Notes under the pieces: model-generated | What the model was told of the DNA's origin: nothing | Database searches by the model: none | What the model saw: only the letters and a program-made list of their open reading frames with translations | Shown: piece by piece, positions 13,301 through 25,148 of the stretch | Position numbering within the stretch: position 1 is the stretch's first letter | Layout: every line of letters begins with the position of its first letter | Position numbers and translations under genes: made by a program | Assembly (NCBI GenBank): GCA_009602725.1 | Contig: WELB01000022.1 | Span: 157,708 to 210,550, forward strand | Reading direction: 5' to 3' | From: Spirogloea muscicola | Taxonomy: Eukaryota | Length of the DNA: 52,843 nucleotides

Positions 13301-13410
13301 TTCTGAAGGCCGAACATGGCATCGCCGAGGAGGTCATCGGCTGCCGTTCGCTCGCCTCCATTTGCACAGGGGAGGACGTGCGCCGCCACGTGCGCCGCCA
13401 TCTCCGGAAT
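10340..13410. mobile_element. Stack A: about 8 fragments (both strands) of an RLE-type, CRE-like non-LTR retrotransposon 3' end
   Basis: Approximate fragments: 10340-10534(+), 10535-10961(+), 11012-11685(-), 11686-12230(-), 12232-12519(+), 12595-12690(-), 12810-13030(+), 13038-13410(-). They share the peptide DIHGALG..WL.LL..LAR..RMRLAVSLQRSMA.ALHLRAG..L.RGY-stop and/or a 3' UTR module. Confidence 0.85.
11250..11685 (-). pseudogene. Retrotransposon ORF remnant: CCHC zinc knuckle plus PD-(D/E)xK restriction-like endonuclease
   Basis: Translation: CQCGERGAEPGELAAHVLRCSHGGERTAAHDRLRDAMHGIL..RRVDLVATP..LLLDVVTT..ARAKEIKYADH..LAIDIHGALG. This is a C-x-C...H-x3-C knuckle, an R..HD motif, the catalytic D..D pair and KxxKY, in the order known for RLE-bearing LINEs. 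No RT domain is visible in the window. Confidence 0.85.
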
Positions 13411-13631
13411 GTAGACAGGGTCCGAAAGGGGCTGAAATGCGCTGAAACACGTAACCAAGAGCGGGCGGGCTGCGCGCGGAGCGACCGAGCATTGTAACCG
13501 GGCCCTGGCCAGATCGGGACGGGCTGCAAGCGGAGGAGAAAGAATCCATGGACTGGCAGACCGAACCCACGAGGCACAAGGCGTGGGGGCGGGCTGAGAC
13601 CCGGCCGGGCGCACAAATGTCTCCTTCGCCT

Positions 13632-13670
<39 letters not shown>

Positions 13671-13861
13671 TCAGCGCGCGCGGCGGCGCCTGCCCGGCCG
13701 GGCGAGGCGCCGCCGGAGTCCTCGGGCCGCTGCCGGTTCCGCTGCATTGCTGTGGCGGTCCCCGCGCCGTCTCCCCGCTTGGCCTCGTCTCCTCCGCCGG
13801 CGCTGCAGGGCTAGGCGCGCGCTTCTTGCCTTGTGGCGGCGCTTCGGCGGGCCGTGTCAAC

Positions 13862-16800
13862 ATGCTCGGCCCCGGCATGGTCGCCGCGCCGACCGACGGC
13901 GACGGCTGCGCCGCCACCGCCGCCGTCCTGGCGACGCCCCCGGGGAGCGCGTGGCTGGACCCCCGCGGCGCACGAGGCTCTGCTTCCCGGCATGCCGCCG
14001 CGGCGGTCTGCTTGAGCTCGGATGAGCGAATGGCGTCCCAGGCGGCACATAGCGGCCGAGAGCCTGGGGATGTCTCGCTGCGCGACGAGCGCCGGTGGCT
14101 CCTTCCTGCATCTTCTGCGGAGCGCAACAGTGTGCTTTTCCTGCCAAGCGAGCCAACAAACGAGCGCGGCGGCTCTCTGCCGCGCCAGCAGGCTGGCAGT
14201 GACGAGGCAGCTCAGGACGCTTGCAGTCGCGTCAGCTCCGACCAGTGGAGGCCACCATCTGCTGACCGCACTTCGTCTGCTAAGCGAGTGGCTGTGATTG
14301 GAGGAGGTGTCAGTGGCATCGCAGCCTGCAAGGTGCTGAGTGAAGACGGCCACAACGTCACAGGTTAGTGGGCGATGGGAGCCCCCAACAGGTGCTTTTG
14401 TGTGCGCGGAGGAAGGGCAGTCACCTCCAAGGCCTCGGCAGCAGTATCTGAAGGCTCTTCGTGCTCTTCCTCGGCCCCGCAGTCTTTGAGGCCAGGGGCA
14501 GCATTGGCGGCATCTGGTCCCACACGTACCCATCGACGGCGCTCCAGACTCCTAAAGAGGCTTACAGGTGACGCATACGGCCGCGACTGCACTTGTTGGG
14601 CCGCCGCCCAGTAGTCATGGCTGGCAACGTCCATAAGAAGTACAATTGCTTCTAAATGGCCACATAGAATCTCAATCTGGGATATAGGTAAGAGGTAAGG
14701 GTGCCCAGCTGCTCATGTCTTGGATGTCATTGAAGCCGCAGCCTGGAGTGTTGGCAGGTTTTCGGACTGGCCGTGGCCGGAGTCGGTGCCAACGTTCCCG
14801 TCGCATGAGCAGGTCATGGAGTACCTGAGCACCTATGTCCGGCACTTCAATCTCGGGGCAAGGTTTCGGCTGAACACCCGCGTGATGAAGATGACCAGAC
14901 TCCGAGGTGAAGTTGTTCAACAGGATCTGCGCAATCCATGTATAAAAGCCATCCAATGAGTGGATGCACAATCTTCTTTCCAAGACGGATGCTGATGAGG
15001 AGCATGGGCAAGGATTTGTAGCAGCTGATCGAGTGTCGTGAAGAAGAGGAGCTCGGACACTTATTTACTTGATATATCGCGCTGGGCATTTGTGCAGTTG
15101 CACCTGGAGGCCAAGCAGGTTGGAGCCTGATACTGGAAGAGCAAAAACCCGGTAGCTTGCAACCTCAAGAAACAGTGCAAGAGGTGCGACTGTAAGGGAT
15201 GTGTAGTGGAACTCTTGCCAGCCCTGAGTTGCATGCAAAGATTGTTTCAAATTTGCCTTGGTGATATTCGCGTTAAATATTGGACTACTGTCTGCTGAAT
15301 TGCTGATTGTGCGCGTGGCACAGCAGTTCGACTTCGCTGTGATGTGCTGCGGGTGCTTTGGCGATGTCCCGAAGCTGCCGTGCTTTGAGCCAGGCAAAGG
15401 GCCGGAGGTTTTTCAGGGGACGACTTTACACTCAGCCCAGTACTCTGAGCTGGACAAGGCTGGCACTGAGAAGCTCTTGCATGGCAAGAAGGTTGTGGTT
15501 GTTGGCTACCAAAAGACCAGCATTGATGTAGCCATCGAGGCCGCGGAAGTGAACAGAGGTCCACACAAGTTCTACCAGACCCCTGCATGCCACTGTTTCT
15601 GTGCAGGTGCCATATGTGATGTGTTGCTCCATTGACACTGGCTGCAGTATATTTGTCTAAGGTTGCAATAATCGACCTCGCTGGCCTCTCTGCTTGCAGA
15701 TGTCGCCCACGCCAGTTGCACACTCCTTTTTCGGAAGCCACACTGGCTCCTCCCTCGGTCGCAGCTGCTCTATGGCCTACCCTTGAGTTACCTGATATTG
15801 TCGCGGTTTGCCGAATTCTGGGTTCCAAAGCCGGGCCAGTCACGACTTGAGACACTCAAGCAAACACTCCTGTCCCCTCTGGTGCATCTCCGCCACCAAG
15901 CCCGTGGATTGTTTGCAGCATGTGTTCACTAGCTGTGCAACTTGCGCAAACGGCAGTTGTTGGGAGGTCGAGGACCATGTGGTCTTGGTAAAGCAAGGCA
16001 GCGGAGCTTACTTGGCAGCATTTGACTTGGTGCAAAGCTGGCCGTTGGACGCTTCTAATATTGCTCAAGAAGCCTGTGCGGTGCCTCTTCTTTCCAGAGG
16101 TCCCTGTACTTTGGCCTCATTGAAATGTACCTGCTCTACAACTTCCCGCTCAGGAAGTACGGGCTGGTCCCGGAGCACTCGTTTTTCCAGGACCTTTCTG
16201 CGTGCATCCTTCCCCAGCTGCCCGACAGCTTCTTCGCGCTCATTGAGCAGGGAAGCATCCAGCTTCAGGTACTGGGCGCCTGACGCTGACCTCCATGCAT
16301 GCAGGAATATGTCGATTGCGCCTGAGTTGCTTGCCAGAGCCTGAGGTCAGATGGTTGACTGCAAAATGTGCACCGTCCTGCAGCAAAGCACGCAGTGGCA
16401 CTTCACACGCAAGGGCGTTGTCCTGATGGGCGAGAAGGAGATTGAGGCTGACGTGGTTCTGCTCTGCACTGGCTATGATGGTGCTTCGAAGCTCAAATCT
16501 GTACTCCCCTGTGAGTACAGGGATTGCCTAAGTACTCCAGGGGAGTGTCTCTATCTTTACCGGTGAGTGGTGCAGCCTTGACCTTCAGTAGCACTCTGAC
16601 GACAGTCTTACAGCATACAATATGCAGCTGACTTCACTACATGGCGCGCACCTTGCCGCTTGCATCTTGGCCCAGAGGCAGGCACCTCCTTCTTTGTCCC
16701 TGAGCCCCGGCCCCTCTACATTTGGTTGTTGCCGATCTAGCAGGGGCATGCTTCACCCAGAGATACCGGATGTTGCCTTCCTTGGTTACCACGAGGGCCT

Positions 16801-17508
16801 TTCAGCAGTGCAAAGTGCAGAGATGGGATCAAGGTGGCTTGGGAAAGTCATATCCGGCACTCTGGTACTTCCTGGTGAGTCCCTATCCGCTTGGGAATGC
16901 TCCTGAGCTGATTCCAGAAGCCAACCAATACTGGAGTGGAGGTTGGTGCAGTAGTTGTTGCTCGCAAGACAATTGAATGGCCTCCTTGCTGTGCAATATC
17001 TGTACGTGGCACTTGCGAGAAATTTGCTCTTGGCCTACACAAGCTAATGTATCACGGGGTGGGTGCAGCTGGTGAGGTCATGGAGAGGGAGAGGCAGCAT
17101 TGGCGAGCCTACAAGCAAAGGCAAACTCCATTCTTCCGTCGCGTGTCCTGCATCGCTCCTGTCCACATTTGGCACTACTCCACTCTTTGCCAAGACATGG
17201 GCTGGAACCCCCGCAGGAAGCCGGGTTTCTTGGCCAACATATTCGCCCCACACTCCAGCATGGACTACTGCAGCCCTGCAGTAGTGGCTGACGAGCATGT
17301 TGAAGTGAGCTTCAGTAGCCCAGCTTGCAAAGAACAAGCACTTGTACAGGAACCTTCAGCAAGGCAGTGCCTCCACCATTGGGCTGCTGAAAAGCTCCTG
17401 CAAGTCTGCGGTTGGTGGCTTGTGCTGGAGGCTGTTGTCACGGGCGCCCTCAGAGGCAAGGGCAGCCGACAAGCTGGGCCTCCAGTATGCGGAGCCAAGG
17501 AAGACTGA
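13862..17508 (+). CDS. Flavin-containing monooxygenase, plant FMO1-like; multi-exon
   Basis: FAD-binding [50 protein letters not shown] signature [16 protein letters not shown]-site variant [54 protein letters not shown]. Stop at 17508. The start ATG (13862 or 13877) is uncertain. Confidence 0.9.
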
Positions 17509-17985
17509 CGGCGTTTGTACATACATACATATTCTTATACATCCTGAAAATGACACCTTACCTTGCCTGCATCTGCAATGCATCAGTTCAACCTGCAGGC
17601 TATGTCACTGTCGGATCTTAGTCTCGAGCAACCTTATATTTCAAGGGGATCAGCAGAGCCACAGTATTGGGCAAAGTCACGAAGTGCATACGCAGCCTGC
17701 AGCTTTTGATTGGAAAGAATTTTGGCTGTAATTGATATAATTCGAGGGCTGTGAGGCTGTACTAAGCATGGCCCAGGAGGCCAATTTGAAATAGCCAGCT
17801 GGGCACTCATGGAGTCTAGAAGAATACATGTGGAATTGATAAAGATCAGAGCAGCATTGAGGTCCCCTCATGTTCCCTTGACCTGCCAAATGAAGGTTGT
17901 TAGCTTTCACAATGCAGGAGGCCAATGAGCTGGGCACGATTGTAATCAGAGGGGTTGTTGGAGCTGCCGCAGGTCTGTATGTCTC

Positions 17986-20900
17986 TCAGCACTGGGGCTC
18001 AAGAGGTGTGTAGACAGAGGGATCAAGCAGAGCCGCTGGCATAATGCTGCCAGGCGGGCTGTTGCTGGAGGAGCTGTCACCGTAGGCCTGCCAGCATTTG
18101 GATGTGACAGATGTGTAATGGCTGGTGGTATCGAGCGTGATGTCGACAGCGATGATGCTCACGTTGACACACGGGTCTGCAGTGAATCAACCCAGAGTGG
18201 TTCAAAAAGCAAGGAATGAGTTGCTCAATACTTCTTGCTGATGTGAAATGAAGAGATCATGAACACTGGCGACTCGAGTAGAGAGTAGTGACTCGAGCAG
18301 TAAATCTTCAAACTGCAACAGGTAAAACCTCTGATTTGCATGCCAAGCAAGCACGCTTCCATCAGCACTTGCAGCTCGTAGACTCACTTGTGTCGCTGCA
18401 AAATACTGAAACAGCTGTGCCAGTAGAGGTCGTGCCCGTGATGTCCTGGAACACGATATTGCTGACCTGCAGACAGCATAACGAGGGGGATTGCTTGACA
18501 ATGCATTACAATCACAAATAGCTATAGTCTTGTCCTTATTGTGAAGGGTGTTAAGGGTACAGCAACATGCACTAACCAAAGCTGAAGATTGACTTGCTAC
18601 ATGTGCATTGCAGTTTCTACAACTGGCAGATGGGTACCTGCACTGCATCTGTAGCATTCTTGCACGACAAGTCGCACATTTGGTCGCAGTAGAACTGGTC
18701 AATGACGACTGGGAGAGCCACGGCCACCATTGTCAGCTGACTGAAGGTGATGTCATGGACACTGCCCTGCCCACCCTGCTCGACATACCACCATCAAAAG
18801 CTCGACATACCACTCACCATGTTGATTGTCAAACGAGATTTCAATATCATATTTCTTCCTCGCTAGGGATCCTGCTGACCAGGAACATCGCGCTCTCATA
18901 GGCCCCTTTCTGCAATGATGTGATTACAGGTTCATTCAAAGAGGCAGGGTAATTGCAAACTCACCTGCCAGCTCTTGATTCGGGCACCATTGCTGGTGCG
19001 CACGAATGTGATTGCCTTCACAGTTATGTTGCTAACGCAGGAGTAGTCTCCGCCCCTGCCTAAACTTCCAATACTGCATCACAAGTTGTGCACACTACAG
19101 CTGTAAGCACACCACCAGGTCGAGCTTCCGACACAGGACGAGGCTTATTACTTTAAGCTCATATTGCTCTCGATAGCCCATGAAGCTTTCATGCCTCACC
19201 TGATGCCGTGCCCAGGGCCACAGTGTGAATCTTGCACAAGCACTCCAGTCGTGCCATTCTGGATGGAGACACAGTCATCTCCAACTCCAATGTTGCAGTT
19301 CTGGATCACCACGTTCTGTGACCTCTGGAGATGTATACCATCCGTGTTGGGGCTGCATAAAGTATTGTGTGGGAAATGCGCCAGGAGAGGTTAGTGATGA
19401 GCGTATAGTTGTGCTCCCGAGCCAATGAGGTACTTTTGGGATGCTGCTATTTATGTCTTTTACAAGCCCAAAGCTCTTTGGTGTCGTCAGTGCATGATGC
19501 AATCTGGGTTGGTAGTGTACCCATCAGCTGCAATTCAGTGCCGAATTACGTGATCTGTCAGTACCTATCGGCTGGAGCAAGAACTGTAACGCCATCAACA
19601 AGAACCCCCGAGCAGTGGTCGATGACGAGGTGGAAGAGTGGGCTGTTTTGTATTGTCACGCCCGTCACTTCCACATTGCGGCAGCCATAGATGTAGATGA
19701 GCTGGTGACATCAGGAGGCACAAAACGAGGACCCAACATATTAGGATGTGATGAATCAGGCTTGCATGCTCAGCATGCACTTGACAGGCTATCTGTAAGT
19801 TTCTGACATCTTCCACTTTTCACTTCTCTGAGCTTCTTTCCTGGGACATATGCTGCTATTTACAAAGTAGCAACTCGGTAAAGCAGGCACTTGCCTTGAT
19901 ATCCTGTGTGTACCCCAGCTGGTTCTTCCCACACGTGACTAATTTCCGGCCCTTGCTTGGTTCGCTGCCATCCCAAAACACGGAGCCTCTGCCATCGATC
20001 ACCCCGCCACCCTGTTCATATGAAGGAAACTGCTGGTAACAGAGACAATAGGACCAGCCATGCCTAGGTGACTGACTCTTCTCTTATACTTTCGCTGTCA
20101 GAGAACATTTGTGATTAGAATCGATCTGCAACAGGAAAACCCAAAGGCCTTTGAATCTACCGAGAATCTCAAAATGGGACCTAAGATGAAGTTTAGCTCC
20201 CTCGTTGATGGGTCATGTTCAGCGTTCTCATCACTCAGCCGCGCAATTATGCAGCCCAATGCATGCCAACCTTGATAGACAAGTTGTCAATGCTCTGGAT
20301 CAGCAGCCAGTACTGTCAGCGGGTACGGCCAGCCAGACATGGTCGATGGGGCCACAATAGCGCCGTCGACCTGCAATGCTCGATGAAGTGCAGAGAAGGT
20401 AAGGTCAGACACACGGCCAAAGTGAAGAAGGAGATGCTAAGTAGCACTTTACTTATTTGCGCAGGACTTCAGCAGCACGTACCCAGAAGGTGATGGGCCC
20501 CATGCAGGGCCCCGCCGCAATGATGGGCTTCATCTTGAAGATGAGGCCAGGGGGAACATACACAGTACCTCCGCCGACGGAGCTGAGACAGCACAAAAGC
20601 AAGGAGCAGGAACAAGCGCGAGCCCAAACTCGTGGCCAGTCAAGGTCCACTTGTGTGGGCCTTTGTGAGCACATGAGACGTGCAATGCCTACGTCCAAAG
20701 TACACCTCCATGCAGCAATGCAGATGCAACTTCAGCCGTGCCCTCCCAGTCAGCGTGACTCTATGACTAGCAACCCTGCCTTCATGATCTGTTTATCACG
20801 GTTTATATCTCCACCCTGCTGGAACGGCATTGCCAGCTCCCCGAGGTTTCTCTCATTGTCTGTCTCTGTTGTCGAGTTTCGGATAGCCAAAGGTTATCTT

Positions 20901-21346
20901 AGCAGCAGCATCTGGAAAGTCCTCACAGTCTCGCGCATCTTTGGAGCTAGTGCATGCATTGCGTGGCGCAACCAGAGGTTACGTGAGGAGTTGCACGAGG
21001 AGCGCGTGTGAGGGCTGCTCACAACACAGCGCTCCCCCAGCTGAGCCCCTTGTCAACTTGCGTTGAGTCAGGGCATATCACCTGCACGCTTGCGAGAAGG
21101 CGGCACTGAAAGCAGCCGAGTCGTCCGTGGCGCCGTCGCCGACGGCCCCGAACGAGAGCACGCTGAAAGCTGGGCCCCGCGACCAGGTGGGGATCGGCGC
21201 GCTGCCGACCGCCGGAACTGGAGGAGCTGGAGGTGGGGGGAGGAGAGCGGCAGCCATGGGGGGTGGGTTTGGCGGCAAGGCAGGCGGAGGGGGGCTCGGA
21301 GGCTGGACAGCCACAGGAGGGCTGAGCTGCGGAACAGGGGGTGGAG

Positions 21347-21407
<61 letters not shown>

Positions 21408-21998
21408 NNNNNNNNNNCGGCGGCGGCGGCGGCGGCAGCGGCGGCGGCGGCGAGGAGGCCGGAGCTGTGGTGGCGGTAGCGGCGGGCTTCCTCTTGCCGC
21501 GGCGGTGGCGAGCCCACTGGACGTGGTGCCCCGGCTGCACGCCCGACTCCGGCGACGGCGGGTGGTGGCCGTGCGGCACCCCCGGGCTGAACAGGTACTT
21601 GCCCAGCTTCACCTGCAGCGCCGCGCAGGAGCCGCAGCCGCCGGCAACGACAGTGAATGAGGGCCTGAAGGCCAGAGAATTTGTCTAATTATGTCAATTT
21701 TCTGCGGATAGCGCAAAGACAGCTCCCATGACAGAGAATGTGAGTGATGTCTGTCTTGTCTGGGAGGTCGGGCGAGCGCCGATATAAGGCCAGCCGCGCC
21801 GCTTCAGCTTCGCACCTGCCGGGTGTGGGCGCTCGCATTAAGCCCCTCCAGGAGGTCCCTCTTCCAGCGGGCTCTCCCAGCACCGCCCAGAGCCTCCGGA
21901 GCCTGCGGTACGCCGTCGGCCGCCAGCGCGCACGCTGCGACGGTGGCGAGAGCGACGAAGAGGCACCGCAGGCCGCCGCGAACCCAGATGACGGCCAT
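17986..21998 (-). CDS. Secreted polygalacturonase (GH28) with a Pro-rich N-terminal linker; multi-exon, contains an assembly gap
   Basis: Signal peptide [26 protein letters not shown] (ATG 21998); [20 protein letters not shown]. All four GH28 motifs are present: SPNTDG, GDDC, CGPGHGISIGSLG and RIK. The last exon ends ..LEPQC-stop (TGA at 17986-17988). Confidence 0.9.
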
Positions 21999-22065
21999 GG
22001 CTGGGCCAGGCACCGAGGGTTGCGCTTCCGGGTGTACAGCCGGCCGACCAGAGCTCCCCCGACTG

Positions 22066-22066
<1 letters not shown>

Positions 22067-22097
<31 letters not shown>
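22067..22097. repeat. (CTG/CAG)~10 microsatellite about 70 nt upstream of the polygalacturonase ATG
   Basis: TGC repeat run read directly from the sequence. Confidence 0.9.
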
Positions 22098-22098
<1 letters not shown>

Positions 22099-22904
22099 AA
22101 GTTCTGGCTCTGCCGCCGCTCCGGTGAGGACTGGCAGCCAGCGCCGCTGCGGGCGGTGGAGGCAAGAGGCTGAGGTGGGTTGTGGGCAGCGGAGGAGCGG
22201 CACTGAACTGGGGCGGCGAGAGAGGGCGGGAGCTTGGGCAGCGGGCGGCTCTTGTCCTACCCCCTCAGCTGATCTGGCTGCGTCCCACTGTGACTGCTGG
22301 CTCGGGGGCCGCCACCCAGAGCTGCCCTGGCTCGCCTGCCCTGTGGCTCCTCCGCTCACCTGGACATGGAATGCCCCTGTGCTCGTCGGAGGCACCAGAG
22401 ACCCCCCAAAGCTGTGAGTTTTCTCGTTGTGCTGCCTCAGCCCGCGCCAGACGTCTCGCGCTCTTCTTCTCATCACGCAGTGCGTGGGCTTGCTTTGGCC
22501 TCCCCCGCTTTTCTGGGCTGGCGTTGCCAGCCACGCTCTTCTCCACGGGCGAGCCACTTGCTTCTCACCCCACACGCACCCGCTGTATGCACGTCTGCCA
22601 ACGTGCCTGCTGGCCATGGCCATCCATCCCCCGATACTTGCGTGTTGTGACACGAAAGTGGCATGGACAGCCGCCTGCAGGTGGAGGGGGGGGAGGCGGC
22701 AAGATCTTGCGGGCCCCGCCGGGGCGCCGGGCCGCCCGGCGTGGGCTGCGGCCAGTGCGCCGCGTGGCGGGGCGCCTCCTCCACGTGCCGGGCGCGGGCA
22801 GCGACCGGTTGGCTTGGCACCCGCGCCCGAAAACGACAAGCTGCTTGGGCGACTCCGCCTTTGCCGGAGCGACGGGAATGGAAGTGCTCCCTCTCTCCCC
22901 TTGA

Positions 22905-24090
22905 GGCTCCTCACTTCAGGTCTCCGTGTTCTGTAGCCTTGTTTAGTCTGCACTAGACTTTGCCTGAACACTGTACTGGCTTGGATTGGCCTCACTTTCC
23001 TTTCATGCGCTCCGCGCGCCTTCTCTCTCCCAATCAGCTTGTCGGGTTTGTTTGTGCTCACCCGTGGGTACTAATGTCACCCTGTAACTTACTCAAGGCA
23101 CCTTAGTATAGGACTCCAGTTCATGTAGCCTTGTTTGGTTTGCACGCGACTCTGCCCGAACCATGTATTGGCTAGAATTGGCCCCGATATCATTTCATGC
23201 GCTCCGCGCGCCTTCTCTCCCAATGAAGGTAGGGGCTGGGAAAGGCCAGCCCAGAAGGAATGGGCAGGGTCCGACGAGCCGAACGGCGCCTGAAAACACA
23301 CAGCAGCGCACAGCTAGGCACGAGACTACCCACCCGCACATGATGGAAGCTTGGTGGCCACGAGCGAGCAGCAGCAGGCGGGAGTAAGTCGCAGCTGGGA
23401 AAGAGGCACCCCGCCGAGACCCAGATGCAGCAGCCACAGCGCCGGCCTGCTCGCAACTGGACGGCGTGAGCCAGGGAGCACTGGAAAGAGACGGACAGCC
23501 GCATGCGGAAGACCTGGGCAAGCGACCCGGCAGCGTTGAAGCCGGGCAGCTCCCCTTGCTGACCCGGTGGCCGATCGATGGCCTGCCGCGCAAGCAGCTG
23601 CAGGAGGTCCAGCCAGCGACTGCCGAAAACCCCGTGCACGTCTATTGCAACTGCCGCGAAGTTATCGCCAGCAGGGTGATCGGCATCCTTGCGCTCCTTG
23701 CCACGGGCAGCCAGGCCGACCGCGTGCCCTGCTGTCGGATTTGTGGGGTTGGGCTCTCCCTCCTCGTTCATTTCCATTGAGAGAAAGACTCCTCCACTAG
23801 AGGGCGATGCTGTGGTCGGCCAGCCCAGAAAAAGGAGTGAACATACTTCGAAGGGGCCAGAAAGCGCTAGAGTACACAGCGACTCGAGTGTTCTTCCTCT
23901 CACATTGGTCTGGTGGCCCCTTACAGCCTTGCCTTACATTGGAAGAGCAGTTTCTGCAGCCCTGCGGCCAAGCACTCTGACGTAAAACCCCGAAACTTGT
24001 CTGCTGCACTCTCCCAGAGACACCCTACTTGCATCTGTCTGCCACACTCTTCCGAGGCCCTCTTTCCTGGGCTGGCCTTTGACAATCACC
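22905..24090. mobile_element. Stack B: further fragments of the same RLE retrotransposon family
   Basis: 22905-23032(+) and 23050-23222(+) are diverged direct repeats; the second begins with LTRGY-stop. 23215-23745(-) encodes KERKDADHPAGDNFAAVAIDVHGVFGSRWLDLL..RMRLSVSFQ, with a frameshift. Solo 3' modules lie at about 23785-23870(-) and about 24055-24090(+). Confidence 0.8.
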
Positions 24091-25148
24091 TCCGGGAAAC
24101 CTTCCTCAGCCAATGCCTGGAGTCAAAGCGATACGGCCTCAGCCAGCTGTGGAGTTAGCTGTTTTTAGCGGCGGGCTGTGCTCGTCTAAGTCATGTTGGG
24201 CGGGGCGAGGCGAGGCTTGGGGCTGGGAGCCTTGGCTGGCACGCACACGTGCGCTTGACAGAAATTGCGTGCGGCCACCTACACCTCCATCGGCTGCTGC
24301 ACCTGCTCAGCCAGGAAATGACTGACGAAGTGACAGGACCAATCAATGGATGTGAAGAACCCCACTGCCAAACTGGTGGGTGACGAAGATATGTATATCT
24401 TCAACGCAGCAGCTCCAGGAACTTGGTATCATGTAGCCGCCTCCCGGGTGATCAGTCTGTATATCCTCCCACTCGTGGAAATTGGTTTCTCTTGCACATA
24501 AGCATGCCCCTTTGTAGGCCACAACATCTACGTAATCAAGTCCAGAATAGCTGGTCAAGTAACAAGCCAGATTGCTCTCCTGCTTCAAGCATTGGTCTTA
24601 AATTGGGCGATCCGACTTGGTGGGGCGAACATTGAGGGGGAATCGATGACCGGATCTGGGACAAAATCATCTATAGGGGCAGGCTTCTACACAACGAGGC
24701 CAAGCTCCATATGGAGGAGGGGTAGTCCCGAATACTAGACTGCTTTCTGTTGCTGTCAGCAGCCAAGGTGTGGCTGCAACAACCAGCCATTGTCCTGAGC
24801 GCGTGGCAAGCGTCCAGAGGAAGGTGGCTGTCCCACTTCAATGTCTCTCACTCAGTGTCTCTGATGCAAGCATCCCGTGTCAACTGATCTGACTTGCTCA
24901 AATGTTGTACCAAGCTCACATGACAAGAAAATGCACAGAGCTGCGTATCACGATGCAAAGAGCCTCTTCGCTTGCGTAACCCTGCCTTGAATGTAGCTAA
25001 AACTTGGACTACCACACAGCGCACCTGTTCACACAGCAACCTAGGGAGCAAGCAAAGGAGGGGCGTGGTGACTGCGCAACCACTTTATCCAGCCCTAAGC
25101 CCTTATCGAGGATCTGCCTAGAACATGCTCCATCTAGAAGTGTCCAAG

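Noticed and set aside
10340..13410. Repeat-spacer pattern as a CRISPR-like array
   Set aside because: Units are irregular, diverged, in both orientations and attached to retrotransposon ORF ends. The context is eukaryotic and no cas genes are present.
13168..14127. 319-aa minus-strand ORF, and similar long antisense ORFs at 269-1525, 21838-23061 and 38137-39615
   Set aside because: These are stop-poor GC-rich shadow frames, mostly opposite real exons, or chance read-through into retroelement remnants. They show no coherent domain.
21347..21417. Poly(A) of about 60 nt, giving a poly-Lys or poly-Phe ORF or a retroposon tail
   Set aside because: It abuts an N run inside a GC-rich poly-Pro exon and is most likely a sequencing or gap-filling artefact.
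24340..24740. Coding-looking stretch between stack B and the nucleolin 3' end
   Set aside because: Only short ORFs with stops and no recognisable motif; a call would need a BLASTx hit.
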